Below, in pieces: positions 46,130-57,441 of a DNA stretch of 64,000 bases. Positions within the stretch are counted from its first letter, which is position 1; every line of letters begins with the position of its first letter. The DNA lies in the NCBI RefSeq assembly GCF_030384885.1, contig NZ_CP128613.1. The stretch is one strand, 5' to 3'. The notes under the pieces were generated by a model. The model did not search any database and was not told the DNA's origin. It worked only from the letters and a program-made list of their open reading frames with translations. The DNA is from Escherichia coli. GTDB lineage: Bacteria > Pseudomonadota > Gammaproteobacteria > Enterobacterales > Enterobacteriaceae. Both the position numbers and the translations under genes were made by a program.

Positions 46130-47083
46130 TTACAGCAGATCGCCGATCATTTTTTCCAGTTTTTCCTGGTCAACAGCAAACTTACGGATACCTTCCGCCA
46201 GTTTATCTACTGCCATTGGATCCTGGTTGTGCTGCCACAGGAACTCGGACTCAGTGATACGCGCCGGACGCGCTTTCACTTCGCCGGTGTAAGACAGTTT
46301 ACGCTCGACAGCCCCTTCGCTCTCAGCCAGCTCTTTCAGCAGTGCCGGTGCGATGGTCAGACGGTCGCAGCCTGCCAGTTCCAGAATTTCGCCGATGTTA
46401 CGGAAGCTTGCGCCCATCACCACGGTTTCATAACCGTGCTCTTTGTAGTACTGATAGATTTCAGATACAGAAACCACGCCCGGATCTTCTGCCGGAGCGT
46501 ACTCTTTCTTATCGGTATTCGCTTTGTACCAGTCAAGAATACGGCCAACAAACGGCGAGATCAGGAACACGCCCGCTTCCGCACAAGCACGAGCCTGAGC
46601 GAAGGAGAACAACAGGGTCAGGTTACAGTTGATACCTTCTTTTTCCAGCTGTTCTGCAGCACGGATACCCTGCCAGGTAGAAGCCAGTTTGATCAGAATA
46701 CGATCGTTGCTAATACCTGCATCGTTGTAGAGCTTGATCAGGCGTTTTGCTTTCGCAATTGACGCTTCGGTGTCATAGGAAAGACGCGCATCAACCTCAG
46801 TTGAGATACGGCCCGGAACCAGTTTCAGGATTTCCAGACCAATATTTACTGCCAGTTTGTCGGTCGCGTCCACGATCTGCTGCGCGCGATCGTTGCTCTG
46901 CTGTTTCGCCCAGGCGACAGCATCATCAATCAACTTACGATATTCCGGAATCTGCGCTGCGTTAAGAATGAGAGAAGGGTTAGTTGTGGCATCCTGCGGT
47001 TGATACAGCTTCATTGCCGCGATGTCCCCAGTGTCGGCCACTACGGTGGTGTACTGACGAAGGTAGGTCAATTTGTCCGTCAT
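46130..47083 (-). CDS. talB: Transaldolase B
   Basis: Start at ATG 47081-47083 (MTDKLT…[33 protein letters not shown]…); 954 bp; ORF-track ORF extends to 47146. Confidence 0.96.
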   Translation of the reverse strand: MTDKLTYLRQYTTVVADTGDIAAMKLYQPQDATTNPSLILNAAQIPEYRKLIDDAVAWAKQQSNDRAQQIVDATDKLAVNIGLEILKLVPGRISTEVDARLSYDTEASIAKAKRLIKLYNDAGISNDRILIKLASTWQGIRAAEQLEKEGINCNLTLLFSFAQARACAEAGVFLISPFVGRILDWYKANTDKKEYAPAEDPGVVSVSEIYQYYKEHGYETVVMGASFRNIGEILELAGCDRLTIAPALLKELAESEGAVERKLSYTGEVKARPARITESEFLWQHNQDPMAVDKLAEGIRKFAVDQEKLEKMIGDLL

Positions 47084-47361
47084 GATAGTATTTCTCTTTA
47101 AACAGCTTGTTAGGGGGATGTAACCGGTCTGCCCTGATGATATCACGACGCAACGTCAGCGCAACCGCCGACAAGACGGTTATCGCCAGGCGAGGCTGTT
47201 TCGGATTTCTGACACTGCGTTGATATCGCCCGCCATTTTTATACAAAACCTCATGTATGCTACGCAGAAGTTATCAACTACCTCGTAGCGTATATACTTC
47301 TTAAACAATTGGTAACGTTTACACAGGAAAGTCATCGCGACCGGCAATAAGAGGGATATGC

Positions 47362-48792
47362 ATGCCAGATTTTTTCTCCTTTATTAACAGCGTCCTTTGG
47401 GGATCGGTAATGATTTACCTGCTCTTCGGCGCAGGTTGTTGGTTCACTTTTCGCACCGGATTTGTGCAGTTTCGCTACATCCGCCAGTTTGGCAAAAGTC
47501 TTAAAAATAGCATTCATCCACAGCCAGGCGGTTTAACCTCATTTCAGTCATTGTGTACCAGTCTTGCGGCGCGCGTGGGTAGCGGCAACCTGGCTGGCGT
47601 TGCGCTGGCTATTACCGCCGGTGGACCAGGTGCCGTCTTCTGGATGTGGGTTGCCGCGTTTATCGGCATGGCGACCTCGTTTGCCGAATGTTCCCTTGCA
47701 CAACTTTATAAAGAACGTGACGTTAATGGGCAGTTTCGTGGCGGACCGGCATGGTATATGGCGCGCGGGCTGGGGATGCGCTGGATGGGCGTTCTGTTCG
47801 CCCTCTTTTTGCTCATCGCCTACGGCATAATTTTCAGCGGAGTTCAGGCGAACGCCGTTGCCCGAGCCCTGAGTTTTTCTTTTGATTTTCCCCCGCTGGT
47901 GACAGGCATTATTCTTGCTGTCTTTGCTCTGCTGGCAATCACTCGCGGTCTTCATGGCGTCGCCCGGCTCATGCAGGGGTTTGTCCCGTTGATGGCGATA
48001 ATCTGGGTACTGACCAGCCTGGTAATTTGCGTAATGAATATCGGGCAACTTCCCCACGTCATTTGGTCTATTTTTGAGAGTGCTTTTGGCTGGCAGGAAG
48101 CGGCAGGCGGCGCGGCGGGATATACCTTAAGCCAGGCGATTACTAACGGTTTTCAGCGCAGTATGTTTTCCAATGAGGCGGGAATGGGGTCGACGCCAAA
48201 CGCGGCAGCGGCAGCTGCGTCCTGGCCTCCGCATCCCGCAGCGCAAGGGATTGTCCAGATGATTGGCATTTTTATCGACACCCTGGTCATCTGTACGGCA
48301 AGCGCCATGCTGATATTACTGGCTGGCAACGGCACAACCTACATGCCACTGGAAGGTATTCAGCTTATCCAGAAGGCGATGCGGGTGTTAATGGGTTCCT
48401 GGGGTGCGGAGTTTGTTACCCTCGTGGTTATTCTGTTTGCCTTCAGCTCCATCGTTGCCAACTACATTTATGCCGAAAACAATCTCTTCTTCTTACGCCT
48501 GAACAACCCTAAAGCGATCTGGTGTCTGCGAATCTGCACCTTCGCAACGGTCATCGGCGGCACCTTGCTAAGTCTTCCGCTGATGTGGCAACTGGCAGAT
48601 ATCATAATGGCCTGCATGGCTATTACCAATTTGACCGCCATATTACTGCTCTCGCCTGTGGTTCATACCATTGCCAGTGATTATCTACGCCAGCGTAAAC
48701 TCGGCGTGCGCCCGGTGTTTGATCCGTTGCGTTATCCGGATATTGGTCGCCAGCTTTCTCCGGACGCGTGGGATGATGTTTCGCAGGAGTAA
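47362..48792 (+). CDS. yaaJ: Amino acid (alanine) sodium symporter family transporter YaaJ
   Basis: 476-aa polytopic membrane ORF; 1431 bp; synteny. Confidence 0.9.
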   Translation: MPDFFSFINSVLWGSVMIYLLFGAGCWFTFRTGFVQFRYIRQFGKSLKNSIHPQPGGLTSFQSLCTSLAARVGSGNLAGVALAITAGGPGAVFWMWVAAFIGMATSFAECSLAQLYKERDVNGQFRGGPAWYMARGLGMRWMGVLFALFLLIAYGIIFSGVQANAVARALSFSFDFPPLVTGIILAVFALLAITRGLHGVARLMQGFVPLMAIIWVLTSLVICVMNIGQLPHVIWSIFESAFGWQEAAGGAAGYTLSQAITNGFQRSMFSNEAGMGSTPNAAAAAASWPPHPAAQGIVQMIGIFIDTLVICTASAMLILLAGNGTTYMPLEGIQLIQKAMRVLMGSWGAEFVTLVVILFAFSSIVANYIYAENNLFFLRLNNPKAIWCLRICTFATVIGGTLLSLPLMWQLADIIMACMAITNLTAILLLSPVVHTIASDYLRQRKLGVRPVFDPLRYPDIGRQLSPDAWDDVSQE

Positions 48793-48861
48793 TCACAACT
48801 ATCGATCAACTCATTCTCTTTTTTTGCTAAAGTCGGCATAAATTTCCTGCAAGGACTGGAT

Positions 48862-49638
48862 ATGCTGATTCTTATTTCACCTGCGAAAACGCTCGATTAC
48901 CAAAGCCCGTTGCCCACCACGCGCTATACGCTGCCGGAGCTGTTAGACAATTCCCAGCAGTTGATCCATGAAGCGCGGAAACTGACGCCTCCACAGATTA
49001 GCACGCTGATGCGCATCAGCGACAAACTGGCGGGCATCAACGCCGCTCGCTTTCATGACTGGCAGCCAGATTTCACGCCAGAGAATGCCCGACAGGCGAT
49101 TCTGGCGTTTAAAGGTGATGTCTACACCGGCTTGCAGGCCGAAACCTTCAGCGAAGACGATTTCGATTTTGCCCAACAACATTTGCGAATGCTTTCCGGC
49201 TTGTATGGCGTACTGCGCCCGCTCGATTTAATGCAGCCTTATCGTCTGGAAATGGGGATCCGTCTTGAGAATGCCCGAGGGAAAGATCTGTATCAATTCT
49301 GGGGAGATATCATCACCAACAAGCTGAACGAGGCGCTCGCAGCACAAGGCGATAATGTGGTGATTAATCTGGCGTCAGATGAGTATTTTAAATCGGTGAA
49401 GCCGAAGAAATTGAATGCCGAGATTATCAAGCCAGTGTTCCTCGATGAGAAGAACGGCAAATTTAAGATAATCAGCTTCTACGCTAAGAAAGCACGCGGT
49501 CTGATGAGTCGTTTCATTATTGAAAATCGGCTGACCAAACCAGAGCAACTGACTGGTTTTAATAGCGAAGGTTACTTCTTTGATGAAGCTTCCTCCAGCA
49601 ACGGCGAACTGGTGTTTAAACGCTACGAGCAGCGTTAA
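48862..49638 (+). CDS. yaaA: Peroxide stress protein YaaA (UPF0246 family)
   Basis: 258-aa [38 protein letters not shown]…; 777 bp. Confidence 0.93.
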   Translation: MLILISPAKTLDYQSPLPTTRYTLPELLDNSQQLIHEARKLTPPQISTLMRISDKLAGINAARFHDWQPDFTPENARQAILAFKGDVYTGLQAETFSEDDFDFAQQHLRMLSGLYGVLRPLDLMQPYRLEMGIRLENARGKDLYQFWGDIITNKLNEALAAQGDNVVINLASDEYFKSVKPKKLNAEIIKPVFLDEKNGKFKIISFYAKKARGLMSRFIIENRLTKPEQLTGFNSEGYFFDEASSSNGELVFKRYEQR

Positions 49639-49651
49639 GTTTGCAGTAAAT

Positions 49652-49780
49652 ACCGGATGCGGCGTGAACGCCTTATCCGGCCTACAAAAGCATGCAGATT
49701 CAATATATTGCAGAATTAACGTAGGCCTGATAAGACGCGCCAGCGTCGCATCAGGCGCTGAATGCCGGATTGTTACCCGG
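49652..49780. repeat. REP/BIME-type extragenic palindromic repeats
   Basis: CCGGATGCGGCGTGAACGCCTTATCCGGCCTAC and GTAGGCCTGATAAGACGCGCCAGCGTCGCATCAGGCGC units between yaaA and yaaX. Confidence 0.75.
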
Positions 49781-49790
49781 CATTTGTCAT

Positions 49791-50087
49791 TTAGCGGTGA
49801 TGTTTGCCTGGACCATGACCGCCGTGATGATCATGAGGAGCTTTCTTATGGTGGCGCGGCGGTGGCGGCGGTCCGTGTGGGTGCCAGCGATTGCCTCGCC
49901 ATTCATAATGTTGTTTCCACCAGCCGTGGTCGCGCCAGTGACCGCCATCCCAGTAATAGCCACGATTATCACGATCGCCTATCTGTAATTTTACTGACGG
50001 GACTAACGTAATTTCCGCAGCCTGTGCTGCCATGGGAGCGACCAGAACCAGGGAAAGTGCGAGTACGATAGATTGCATCTTTTTCAC
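49791..50087 (-). CDS. yaaX: Secreted His/Trp/Gly-rich small protein YaaX (DUF2502)
   Basis: 98-aa ORF with signal peptide and [12 protein letters not shown] repeats; 297 bp. Confidence 0.85.
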   Translation of the reverse strand: MKKMQSIVLALSLVLVAPMAAQAAEITLVPSVKLQIGDRDNRGYYWDGGHWRDHGWWKQHYEWRGNRWHPHGPPPPPRHHKKAPHDHHGGHGPGKHHR

Positions 50088-50247
50088 AGGTTACTCCTTT
50101 TATCATTGCCCGTTATGGGTCGATATCCGGAGATTACGCGATGAGAACGGCGGTTGTTATTCTCCGCAATCCTAATCTCTAAGTTACCGCATTTATTGAG
50201 AATTTCTCCTTTTTTCCTGTCGTTTTTCTCCATATTTTCTTCATAAA

Positions 50248-50290
50248 AAAGCCGGGCTGTATAAAAGCAAACCCGGCCTGATTGAGATAA
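50248..50290 (-). terminator. Rho-independent terminator of the thr operon
   Basis: On the thr strand CAGGCCGGGTTTGCTTTTATACAGCCCGGCTTTTTTAT: GC stem plus U-run directly after the thrC stop. Confidence 0.75.
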
Positions 50291-50300
50291 TGAATAGATG

Positions 50301-51587
50301 TTACTGATGATTCATCATCAATTTACGCAACGCAGCAAAATCGGCGGGCAGATTATGCGAAAGCAAGGGTAAATCAGCACGTTCTGCCAGCTCTTTTGGC
50401 AGATCCAATGTTTCACCGAGAATCGCCTCCACGCTCTCTTTAAATTTCGCCGGATGCGCGGTGCCGAGGAACAAGCCATATTCGCCTGGATGCAACTGGT
50501 CGCGCAGCGCACGATAAGCTACGGCAGCGTGCGGCTCCGAGGTATAGCCCAGCGCTTTTAACTCACGCATTGTCTGTTGCGTGGTTTCATCATCCACGGC
50601 TGCATAGCCCAGCTCTTTCAGTTGCCAGATTTTGCGGCGGAATAACTCCTCCACACGCGGCCAGTTGTTCGGCTGACTCACGTCCATCGCGTTGGATAAC
50701 GTCGCCTGAGTCGCTTTGGGTGACCACTGCCCGTCGTGCAGGAAACGCGGCACGGTATCGTTCACGTTAGTGGCAGCGATAAAACGCTTCACCGGCAGGC
50801 CAAGAGATTTCGCCAGCAGGCCCGCAGTCAAATCGCCGAAGTTACCGCTCGGCACCGAGACAACCAGCTGGTTGCGCGCTTCCTGCGGCAGCTGCGCAAC
50901 AGCTTCAAAGTAGTAGCAAATCTGCGCCAGCAAACGGCTGATGTTAATGGAGTTAGCAGAGTTTAGCCCCAGCGCCACTTTCAGTTCTTCATCATCAAAC
51001 GCCTGCTTCACCAGCGCCTGACAGGCATCGAAATCGCCGTCGATGGCAACAGTTTCAATATTGCCGCCCAATGTACAGAACAGTTTTTCTTGCAGTGGAC
51101 TGATTTTGCCTCTTGGATAGAGGATAACCACTTTCACATTCGGTAAACCGTAGAAAGCATGAGCCACTGCCGCTCCAGTATCACCGGAGGTCGCGGTCAG
51201 AATGGTCACTGGCTTATCGCCCGCAATATGGGTCAGCATTTGTGCCATAAAGCGACCGCCGAAATCTTTAAATGCCAGTGTTGGCCCATGAAACAATTCC
51301 AGACAACCGACATCGCTTTCAACATTGGCGACCGGAGCCGGGAAAGCAAACGCCGCGCGCACGCGCTCTTCCAGTATTTCCTGCGGGATCTCATCACCAA
51401 TAAACGCCGAGAGGATCTTCGCACTGCGGGTGACAAAATCCAGTTTCAGCATCTCATCAATTTCAGTCAGGCTAAATTCCGGCAGGTCGTGCGGAAAAAA
51501 CAGCCCCTGATTTTTGCCCAACCCCTGAGTTACGGCTTGCGCAAAGCTGACCTGTTCGTTGTGATCTTTCAGATTGTAGAGTTTCAT
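50301..51587 (-). CDS. thrC: Threonine synthase
   Basis: 428-aa ORF MKLYNLKDHNEQVSFAQAVTQGLGKNQGLFFP…. Confidence 0.97.
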   Translation of the reverse strand: MKLYNLKDHNEQVSFAQAVTQGLGKNQGLFFPHDLPEFSLTEIDEMLKLDFVTRSAKILSAFIGDEIPQEILEERVRAAFAFPAPVANVESDVGCLELFHGPTLAFKDFGGRFMAQMLTHIAGDKPVTILTATSGDTGAAVAHAFYGLPNVKVVILYPRGKISPLQEKLFCTLGGNIETVAIDGDFDACQALVKQAFDDEELKVALGLNSANSINISRLLAQICYYFEAVAQLPQEARNQLVVSVPSGNFGDLTAGLLAKSLGLPVKRFIAATNVNDTVPRFLHDGQWSPKATQATLSNAMDVSQPNNWPRVEELFRRKIWQLKELGYAAVDDETTQQTMRELKALGYTSEPHAAVAYRALRDQLHPGEYGLFLGTAHPAKFKESVEAILGETLDLPKELAERADLPLLSHNLPADFAALRKLMMNHQ

Positions 51588-52520
51588 TTAGTTTTCCAGT
51601 ACTCGTGCGCCCGCCGTATCCAGCCGGCAAATATGAACAAAACCTTCCTGATTTTGCAGGTAGTTCTTACCCAACCAGTCGGCAACGCGCTGGGCGGTAT
51701 CCGGCTTGTCACACAGAGCGAACAAAGTCGGGCCAGAGCCGGAGATACCGCTCGCTACCGCGCCGATTTCCGCGACCGCCTGCCGCGCCTGCTTGAAGCC
51801 AGGCAGTAAACGTTCACGGTAAGGTTCAGCGATAACATCTTTCATCAACTTCGCGGCAAGCTCAGGCTGACGGGAATAGCAGGCGTGAATGAAGCCTGCC
51901 AGATGTCGCCCGTGCGCAATGCAATCCTGGCGGCGATACTGTGCCGGTAAAATAGCCCGGGCTTCTGCCGTCGAGACTTTAATCCCCGGATATGCCAGCA
52001 CCCACAGCCACTCATCAAACCCCGGCACTTGCTGGCTGATGATGTCGTTTTCTTCGATCATCAACTGCATACCACCAAGAAAACACGGTGCCACGTTATC
52101 GTAATGAATGCTGCCGGAGATACGCCCTTCCAGCTCGCCCATCAAAGCCAACAAACGAGTGTCATTAAGCGGCTTGCCGCAGTGTTCATTCATCGCCATC
52201 AGCGCCGCGACCACCGAACAGGCACTGGAGCCTAAGCCCGAGCCGATCGGCATATTCTTTTCCAGATTCATCGCCACTGGAATTTGCTTGCCCAGCTCCT
52301 GGCAAAAACGCTCCCAGCACTGATAAACGATATTTTCCCTTGGTTCTGACGGCAGCTTATCGGCAAAGCGTCCAAGGTTGTTGAGACTGAATGTCTCTGC
52401 CGCCTCAACCGTGACTACATCTCCGAGCAATGCACCATCAACGGGTGTCACCGCCGCCCCGAGCACATCAAACCCGACGCTCATATTGGCACTGGAAGCC
52501 GGGGCATAAACTTTAACCAT
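51588..52520 (-). CDS. thrB: Homoserine kinase
   Basis: 310-aa [37 protein letters not shown]…. Confidence 0.97.
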   Translation of the reverse strand: MVKVYAPASSANMSVGFDVLGAAVTPVDGALLGDVVTVEAAETFSLNNLGRFADKLPSEPRENIVYQCWERFCQELGKQIPVAMNLEKNMPIGSGLGSSACSVVAALMAMNEHCGKPLNDTRLLALMGELEGRISGSIHYDNVAPCFLGGMQLMIEENDIISQQVPGFDEWLWVLAYPGIKVSTAEARAILPAQYRRQDCIAHGRHLAGFIHACYSRQPELAAKLMKDVIAEPYRERLLPGFKQARQAVAEIGAVASGISGSGPTLFALCDKPDTAQRVADWLGKNYLQNQEGFVHICRLDTAGARVLEN

Positions 52521-52521
52521 G

Positions 52522-54984
52522 TCAGACTCCTAACTTCCATGAGAGGGTACGTAGCAGATCGGCAAAGACACCAGCAGCTGTAACGTCATTGCCCGCGCCA
52601 TATCCGCGCAGAACCAACGGCAGCGGCTGATAATAGTGGCTATAGAAGGCCAGGGCGTTTTCGCCATTTTTCACTTTGAACAGCGGATCATTGCCATCCA
52701 CTTCGGCAATCTTCACGCGGCAGATGCCATCTTCATCAATATTGCCAACATAGCGCAAAACTTTGCCCTCATCACGAGCCTTCGCCACGCGTGCGGCAAA
52801 GAGATCGTCGAGCTGTGACAGATTCGCCATAAAAGCTGCAACATCACCCTCTGCGTTAAACTCTGCGGGCAGCACAGGTTCAATTTCAATATCCGCCAGT
52901 TCCAGTTCACGTCCCGTTTCACGGGCGAGAATCAATAGCTTACGCGCCACATCCATACCAGAAAGATCATCTCGCGGGTCCGGTTCGGTATAACCCATTT
53001 CCCGCGCCAGCGTGGTCGCCTCGGAGAAACTCATGCCTTCGTCTAACTTGCCGAAGATATAAGAAAGCGAACCGGAAAGAATGCCGGAGAACTTCATTAA
53101 TTCATCACCTGCGTTGAGCAGATTTTGCAGGTTCTCAATAACCGGTAATCCAGCCCCAACGTTAGTGTCATAGAGGAATTTACGCCGCGATTTTTCCGCC
53201 GCATAACGCAACTGATGGTAGTAATCCATCGACGAGGTGTTGGCCTTTTTGTTTGGCGTAACCACGTGGAAACCTTCGCGCAGGAAGTCAGCATACTGAT
53301 CCGCCACCGCCTGGCTGGAGGTACAGTCGACAATCACCGGATTCAGCAAATGATATTCTTTCACCAGGCGAATTAAGCGCCCGAGGTTAAACGGCTCTTT
53401 GGCTTGCGCCAGTTCTTCCTGCCAGTTCTCCAGATTAAGGCCATGCACATTGGTGAGCAGAGCCTTTGAGTTGGCAACGCCGCAGACACGTAAGTCGATA
53501 TGTTTATTCTTCAGCCAGCTTTGCTGGCGCTTCAGTTGCTCCAGCAGCGCACCGCCAACACCACCGACGCCAATTACAAACACTTCGATAACCTGATCGG
53601 TATTGAACAGCATCTGATGAGTAACGCGCACACCAGTGGTCGCATCATCGTTATTTACCACGACAGAGATTGAGCGTTCAGAAGATCCCTGAGCAATGGC
53701 GACAATGTTGATATTGGCGCGGGCCAGCGCGGCAAAGAATTTCGCCGAGATCCCACGCAAGGTGCGCATACCATCACCTACCACTGAGATAATGGCTAGC
53801 CGTTCCGTCACCGCCAGCGGCTCCAGCAAGCCTTCCTTCAGTTCAAGATAGAACTCTTCCTGCATCGCCCGTTCAGCTCGCACACAGTCGCTTTGTGGAA
53901 CGCAGAAACTGATACTGTATTCGGAAGATGATTGCGTAATCAGCACCACGGAAATACGGGCGCGTGACATCGCTGCAAAGACGCGCGCCGCCATGCCGAC
54001 CATTCCTTTCATCCCCGGGCCGGAAACACTGAACATTGCCATATTATTCAGATTGGAAATGCCCTTGACCGGTAATTCGTCTTCATCACGGCTGGCACCA
54101 ATGAGCGTACCTGGTGCTTGAGGATTTCCGGTATTTTTAATCAGGCAAGGGATTTGGAACTGGGCGATGGGGGTAATGGTGCGGGGGTGAAGAACTTTAG
54201 CGCCGAAGTAGGAAAGCTCCATCGCTTCCTGATAGGACATCGACTTCAACAACCTCGCATCGGGCACCTGACGCGGGTCGCAGGTATAGACCCCGTCAAC
54301 GTCCGTCCAGATCTCGCAACAATCGGCGCGTAAACAGGCAGCCAGTACCGTGGCGGAGTAGTCGGAACCGTTACGTCCAAGCACCACCAGTTCGCCTTTT
54401 TCATTACCGGCGGTGAAACCTGCCATCAGCACCATGTGGTCAGCCGGAATGCGGCTTGCCGCAATACGGCGGGTGGACTCAGCAATATCGACGGTAGATT
54501 CGAGGTAATGACCGACTGCCAGCAGTTTTTCGACCGGATCGATTACGGTAACGTTGTGACCACGCGCTTCTAACACGCCGGCCATAATGGCGATCGACAT
54601 TTTCTCGCCACGGCAAATCAGTGCCGCGTTGATGCTATCCGGGCACTGCCCTAACAAACTAATACCATGCAGGACATGTTTAATTTGGGCAAATTCCTGG
54701 TCGACGAAAGTTTTCAGCTGCGCCAGCGGGAATCCCGGCTGAGCGGCGGCAAGTCCCGTCAGAAGTTCGGCAAAAATACGTTCGGCATCGCTGATATTGG
54801 GTAAAGCATCCTGGCCGCTAATCGTTTTTTCAATCATCGCCACCAGGTGGTTGGTGATTTTGGCAGGGGCAGAGAGGACGGTAGCCACCTGCCCCTGCCT
54901 GGCATTGCTTTCCAGAATATCGGCAACCCGCAGAAAACGTTCTGCATTTGCCACTGATGTACCGCCGAACTTCAACACTCGCAT
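52522..54984 (-). CDS. thrA: Bifunctional aspartokinase I / homoserine dehydrogenase I
   Basis: Start at ATG 54982-54984 ([27 protein letters not shown]…); 2463 bp; ORF-track ORF extends upstream to 55026. Confidence 0.97.
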   Translation of the reverse strand: MRVLKFGGTSVANAERFLRVADILESNARQGQVATVLSAPAKITNHLVAMIEKTISGQDALPNISDAERIFAELLTGLAAAQPGFPLAQLKTFVDQEFAQIKHVLHGISLLGQCPDSINAALICRGEKMSIAIMAGVLEARGHNVTVIDPVEKLLAVGHYLESTVDIAESTRRIAASRIPADHMVLMAGFTAGNEKGELVVLGRNGSDYSATVLAACLRADCCEIWTDVDGVYTCDPRQVPDARLLKSMSYQEAMELSYFGAKVLHPRTITPIAQFQIPCLIKNTGNPQAPGTLIGASRDEDELPVKGISNLNNMAMFSVSGPGMKGMVGMAARVFAAMSRARISVVLITQSSSEYSISFCVPQSDCVRAERAMQEEFYLELKEGLLEPLAVTERLAIISVVGDGMRTLRGISAKFFAALARANINIVAIAQGSSERSISVVVNNDDATTGVRVTHQMLFNTDQVIEVFVIGVGGVGGALLEQLKRQQSWLKNKHIDLRVCGVANSKALLTNVHGLNLENWQEELAQAKEPFNLGRLIRLVKEYHLLNPVIVDCTSSQAVADQYADFLREGFHVVTPNKKANTSSMDYYHQLRYAAEKSRRKFLYDTNVGAGLPVIENLQNLLNAGDELMKFSGILSGSLSYIFGKLDEGMSFSEATTLAREMGYTEPDPRDDLSGMDVARKLLILARETGRELELADIEIEPVLPAEFNAEGDVAAFMANLSQLDDLFAARVAKARDEGKVLRYVGNIDEDGICRVKIAEVDGNDPLFKVKNGENALAFYSHYYQPLPLVLRGYGAGNDVTAAGVFADLLRTLSWKLGV

Positions 54985-55014
54985 GGTTGTTACCTCGTTA
55001 CCTTTGGTCGAAAA

Positions 55015-55064
55015 AAAAGCCCGCACTGTCAGGTGCGGGCTTTTTTCTGTGTTTCCTGTACGCG
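55015..55064 (-). promoter_or_regulatory. thr operon attenuator (terminator hairpin between thrL and thrA)
   Basis: GC-rich hairpin (CAGCCCGCACC…GGTGCGGGCTTTTTT on the thr strand) immediately after the leader peptide. Confidence 0.8.
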
Positions 55065-55133
<69 letters not shown>

Positions 55134-55343
55134 TGTTGTGTACTCTGTAATTTTTATCTGTCTGTGCGCTATGCCTATATTGGTTAAAGTATTTAGTGAC
55201 CTAAGTCAATAAAATTTTAATTTACTCACGGCAGGTAACCAGTTCAGAAGCTGCTGTCAGAGACTCTTTTTTTAATCCACACAGAGACATATTGCCCGTT
55301 GCAGTCAGAATGAAAAGCTGAAAAATACTTACTAAGGCGTTTT

Positions 55344-56030
55344 TTATTTGGTGATATTTTTTTCAATATCATGCAGCAAACGATGCAACATTGCCGTGTC
55401 TCGTTGCTCTAAAAGCCCCAGCCGTTGTTGTAACCAGTCGACCAGTTTTGTGTCATCTGCCACTGCCAGGGTCGTCAGCAATGACATGGCTCGTTCGCGT
55501 AAAGCTTGCAGTTGATGTTGGTCTGCCGTTGTGTCACTTTTGGCCGGTTGTTGTATTAATGTTGCTAATTGATAGCAATAAACCATCACCGCCTGTCCCA
55601 GATTCAGCGAAGGATAATCTGCCACCATCGGCACACCAGTAAGAACGTCAGCCAAGGCTAACTCCTCGTTAGTCAGCCCGGAATCTTCGCGACCAAACAC
55701 CAGCGCTGCATGGCTCATCCACGAGGATTTTTCCTCTAACAGCGGCACCAGTTCCACCGGCGTGGCGTAGTAATGATATTTCGCCCGACTGCGTGCAGTG
55801 GTGGCGACAGTGAAGTCGACATCGTGTAACGATTCAGCCAGAGTTGGGAAAACTTTAATATTATCAATAATATCACCAGATCCATGTGCAACCCAGCGGG
55901 TAGCTGGCTCCAGGTGTGCCTGACTATCGACAATTCGCAGCTCGCTAAACCCCATCGTTTTCATTGCCCGCGCCGCTGCCCCAATATTTTCTGCTCTGGC
56001 GGGTGCGACCAGAATAATCGTTATACGCAT
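55344..56030 (-). CDS. lasT: SpoU/TrmH-family RNA methyltransferase LasT (YjtD)
   Basis: 228-aa ORF MRITIILVAPARAENIGAAARAMKTMGF…; 687 bp. Confidence 0.9.
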   Translation of the reverse strand: MRITIILVAPARAENIGAAARAMKTMGFSELRIVDSQAHLEPATRWVAHGSGDIIDNIKVFPTLAESLHDVDFTVATTARSRAKYHYYATPVELVPLLEEKSSWMSHAALVFGREDSGLTNEELALADVLTGVPMVADYPSLNLGQAVMVYCYQLATLIQQPAKSDTTADQHQLQALRERAMSLLTTLAVADDTKLVDWLQQRLGLLEQRDTAMLHRLLHDIEKNITK

Positions 56031-56429
56031 ATTGACACTCTTCTTGACCTAATAACCGCGCACAGGGTGATCATTGTCAACTTATTACGCGGATCGAATT
56101 TACAACCCCTTAACGTAAGTCGCAGAAAAAGCCCTTCACTTAACTTAAAAAAGGCTAAACTATTTCCTGACTATACTAATGGTTGAATTGTTAAAAAATG
56201 CTACATATCCTTCTGTTTACTTAGGATAATTTTATAAAAAATAAATCTCGACAATTGGATTCACCACGTTTATTAGTTGTATGATGCAACTAGTTGGATT
56301 ATTAAAATAATGTGACGAAAGCTAGCATTTAGATACGATGATTTCATCAAACTGTTAACGTGCTACAATTGAACTTGATATATGTCAACGAAGCGTAGTT
56401 TTATTGGGTGTCCGGCCCCTCTTAGCCTG

Positions 56430-56570
56430 TTATGTTGCTGTTAAAATGGTTAGGATGACAGCCGTTTTTGACACTGTCGGGTCCTGAGGGAAAGTACCCA
56501 CGACCAAGCTAATGATGTTGTTGACGTTGATGGAAAGTGCATCAAGAACGCAATTACGTACTTTAGTCAT
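56430..56570 (-). CDS. yjjY: Small protein YjjY
   Basis: Reverse-strand translation from ATG 56568-56570 gives MTKVRNCVLDALSINVNNIISLVVGTFPQDPTVSKTAVILTILTAT* (46 aa); below the ORF-track size cut-off. Confidence 0.75.
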   Translation of the reverse strand: MTKVRNCVLDALSINVNNIISLVVGTFPQDPTVSKTAVILTILTAT

Positions 56571-56665
56571 GTTACGCCGATCATGTTAATTTGCAGCATG
56601 CATCAGGCAGGTCAGGGACTTTTGTACTTCCTGTTTCGATTTAGTTGGCAATTTAGGTAGCAAAC

Positions 56666-57382
56666 ATGCAGACCCCGCACATTCTTATCGTTGAAGACGA
56701 GTTGGTAACACGCAACACGTTGAAAAGTATTTTCGAAGCGGAAGGCTATGATGTTTTCGAAGCGACAGATGGCGCGGAAATGCATCAGATCCTCTCTGAA
56801 TATGACATCAACCTGGTGATCATGGATATCAATCTGCCGGGTAAGAACGGTCTTCTGTTAGCGCGTGAACTGCGCGAGCAGGCGAATGTTGCGTTGATGT
56901 TCCTGACTGGCCGTGACAACGAAGTCGATAAAATTCTCGGCCTCGAAATCGGTGCAGATGATTACATCACCAAACCGTTCAACCCGCGTGAACTGACTAT
57001 TCGTGCACGCAACCTGCTGTCCCGTACCATGAATCTTGGTACTGTCAGCGAAGAACGTCGTAGCGTTGAAAGCTACAAGTTCAATGGTTGGGAACTGGAC
57101 ATCAACAGCCGTTCGCTGATCGGCCCTGATGGCGAGCAGTACAAGCTGCCGCGCAGCGAGTTCCGCGCCATGCTTCACTTCTGTGAAAACCCAGGCAAAA
57201 TTCAGTCCCGTGCTGAACTGCTGAAGAAAATGACCGGCCGTGAGCTGAAACCGCACGACCGTACTGTAGACGTGACGATCCGCCGTATTCGTAAACATTT
57301 CGAATCTACGCCGGATACGCCGGAAATCATCGCCACCATTCACGGTGAAGGTTATCGCTTCTGCGGTGATCTGGAAGATTAA
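56666..57382 (+). CDS. arcA: Aerobic respiration control response regulator ArcA (OmpR family)
   Basis: 238-aa [46 protein letters not shown]…. Confidence 0.97.
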
Positions 57383-57399
57383 TCGGCTTTACCACCGTC

Positions 57400-57435
57400 A
57401 AAAAAAACGGCGCTTTTTAGCGCCGTTTTTATTTT
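57400..57435. terminator. Bidirectional Rho-independent terminator between convergent arcA and creD
   Basis: Hairpin AAAACGGCGCTTTTTAGCGCCGTTTT flanked by A-run upstream and T-run downstream. Confidence 0.8.
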
Positions 57436-57441
57436 TCAACC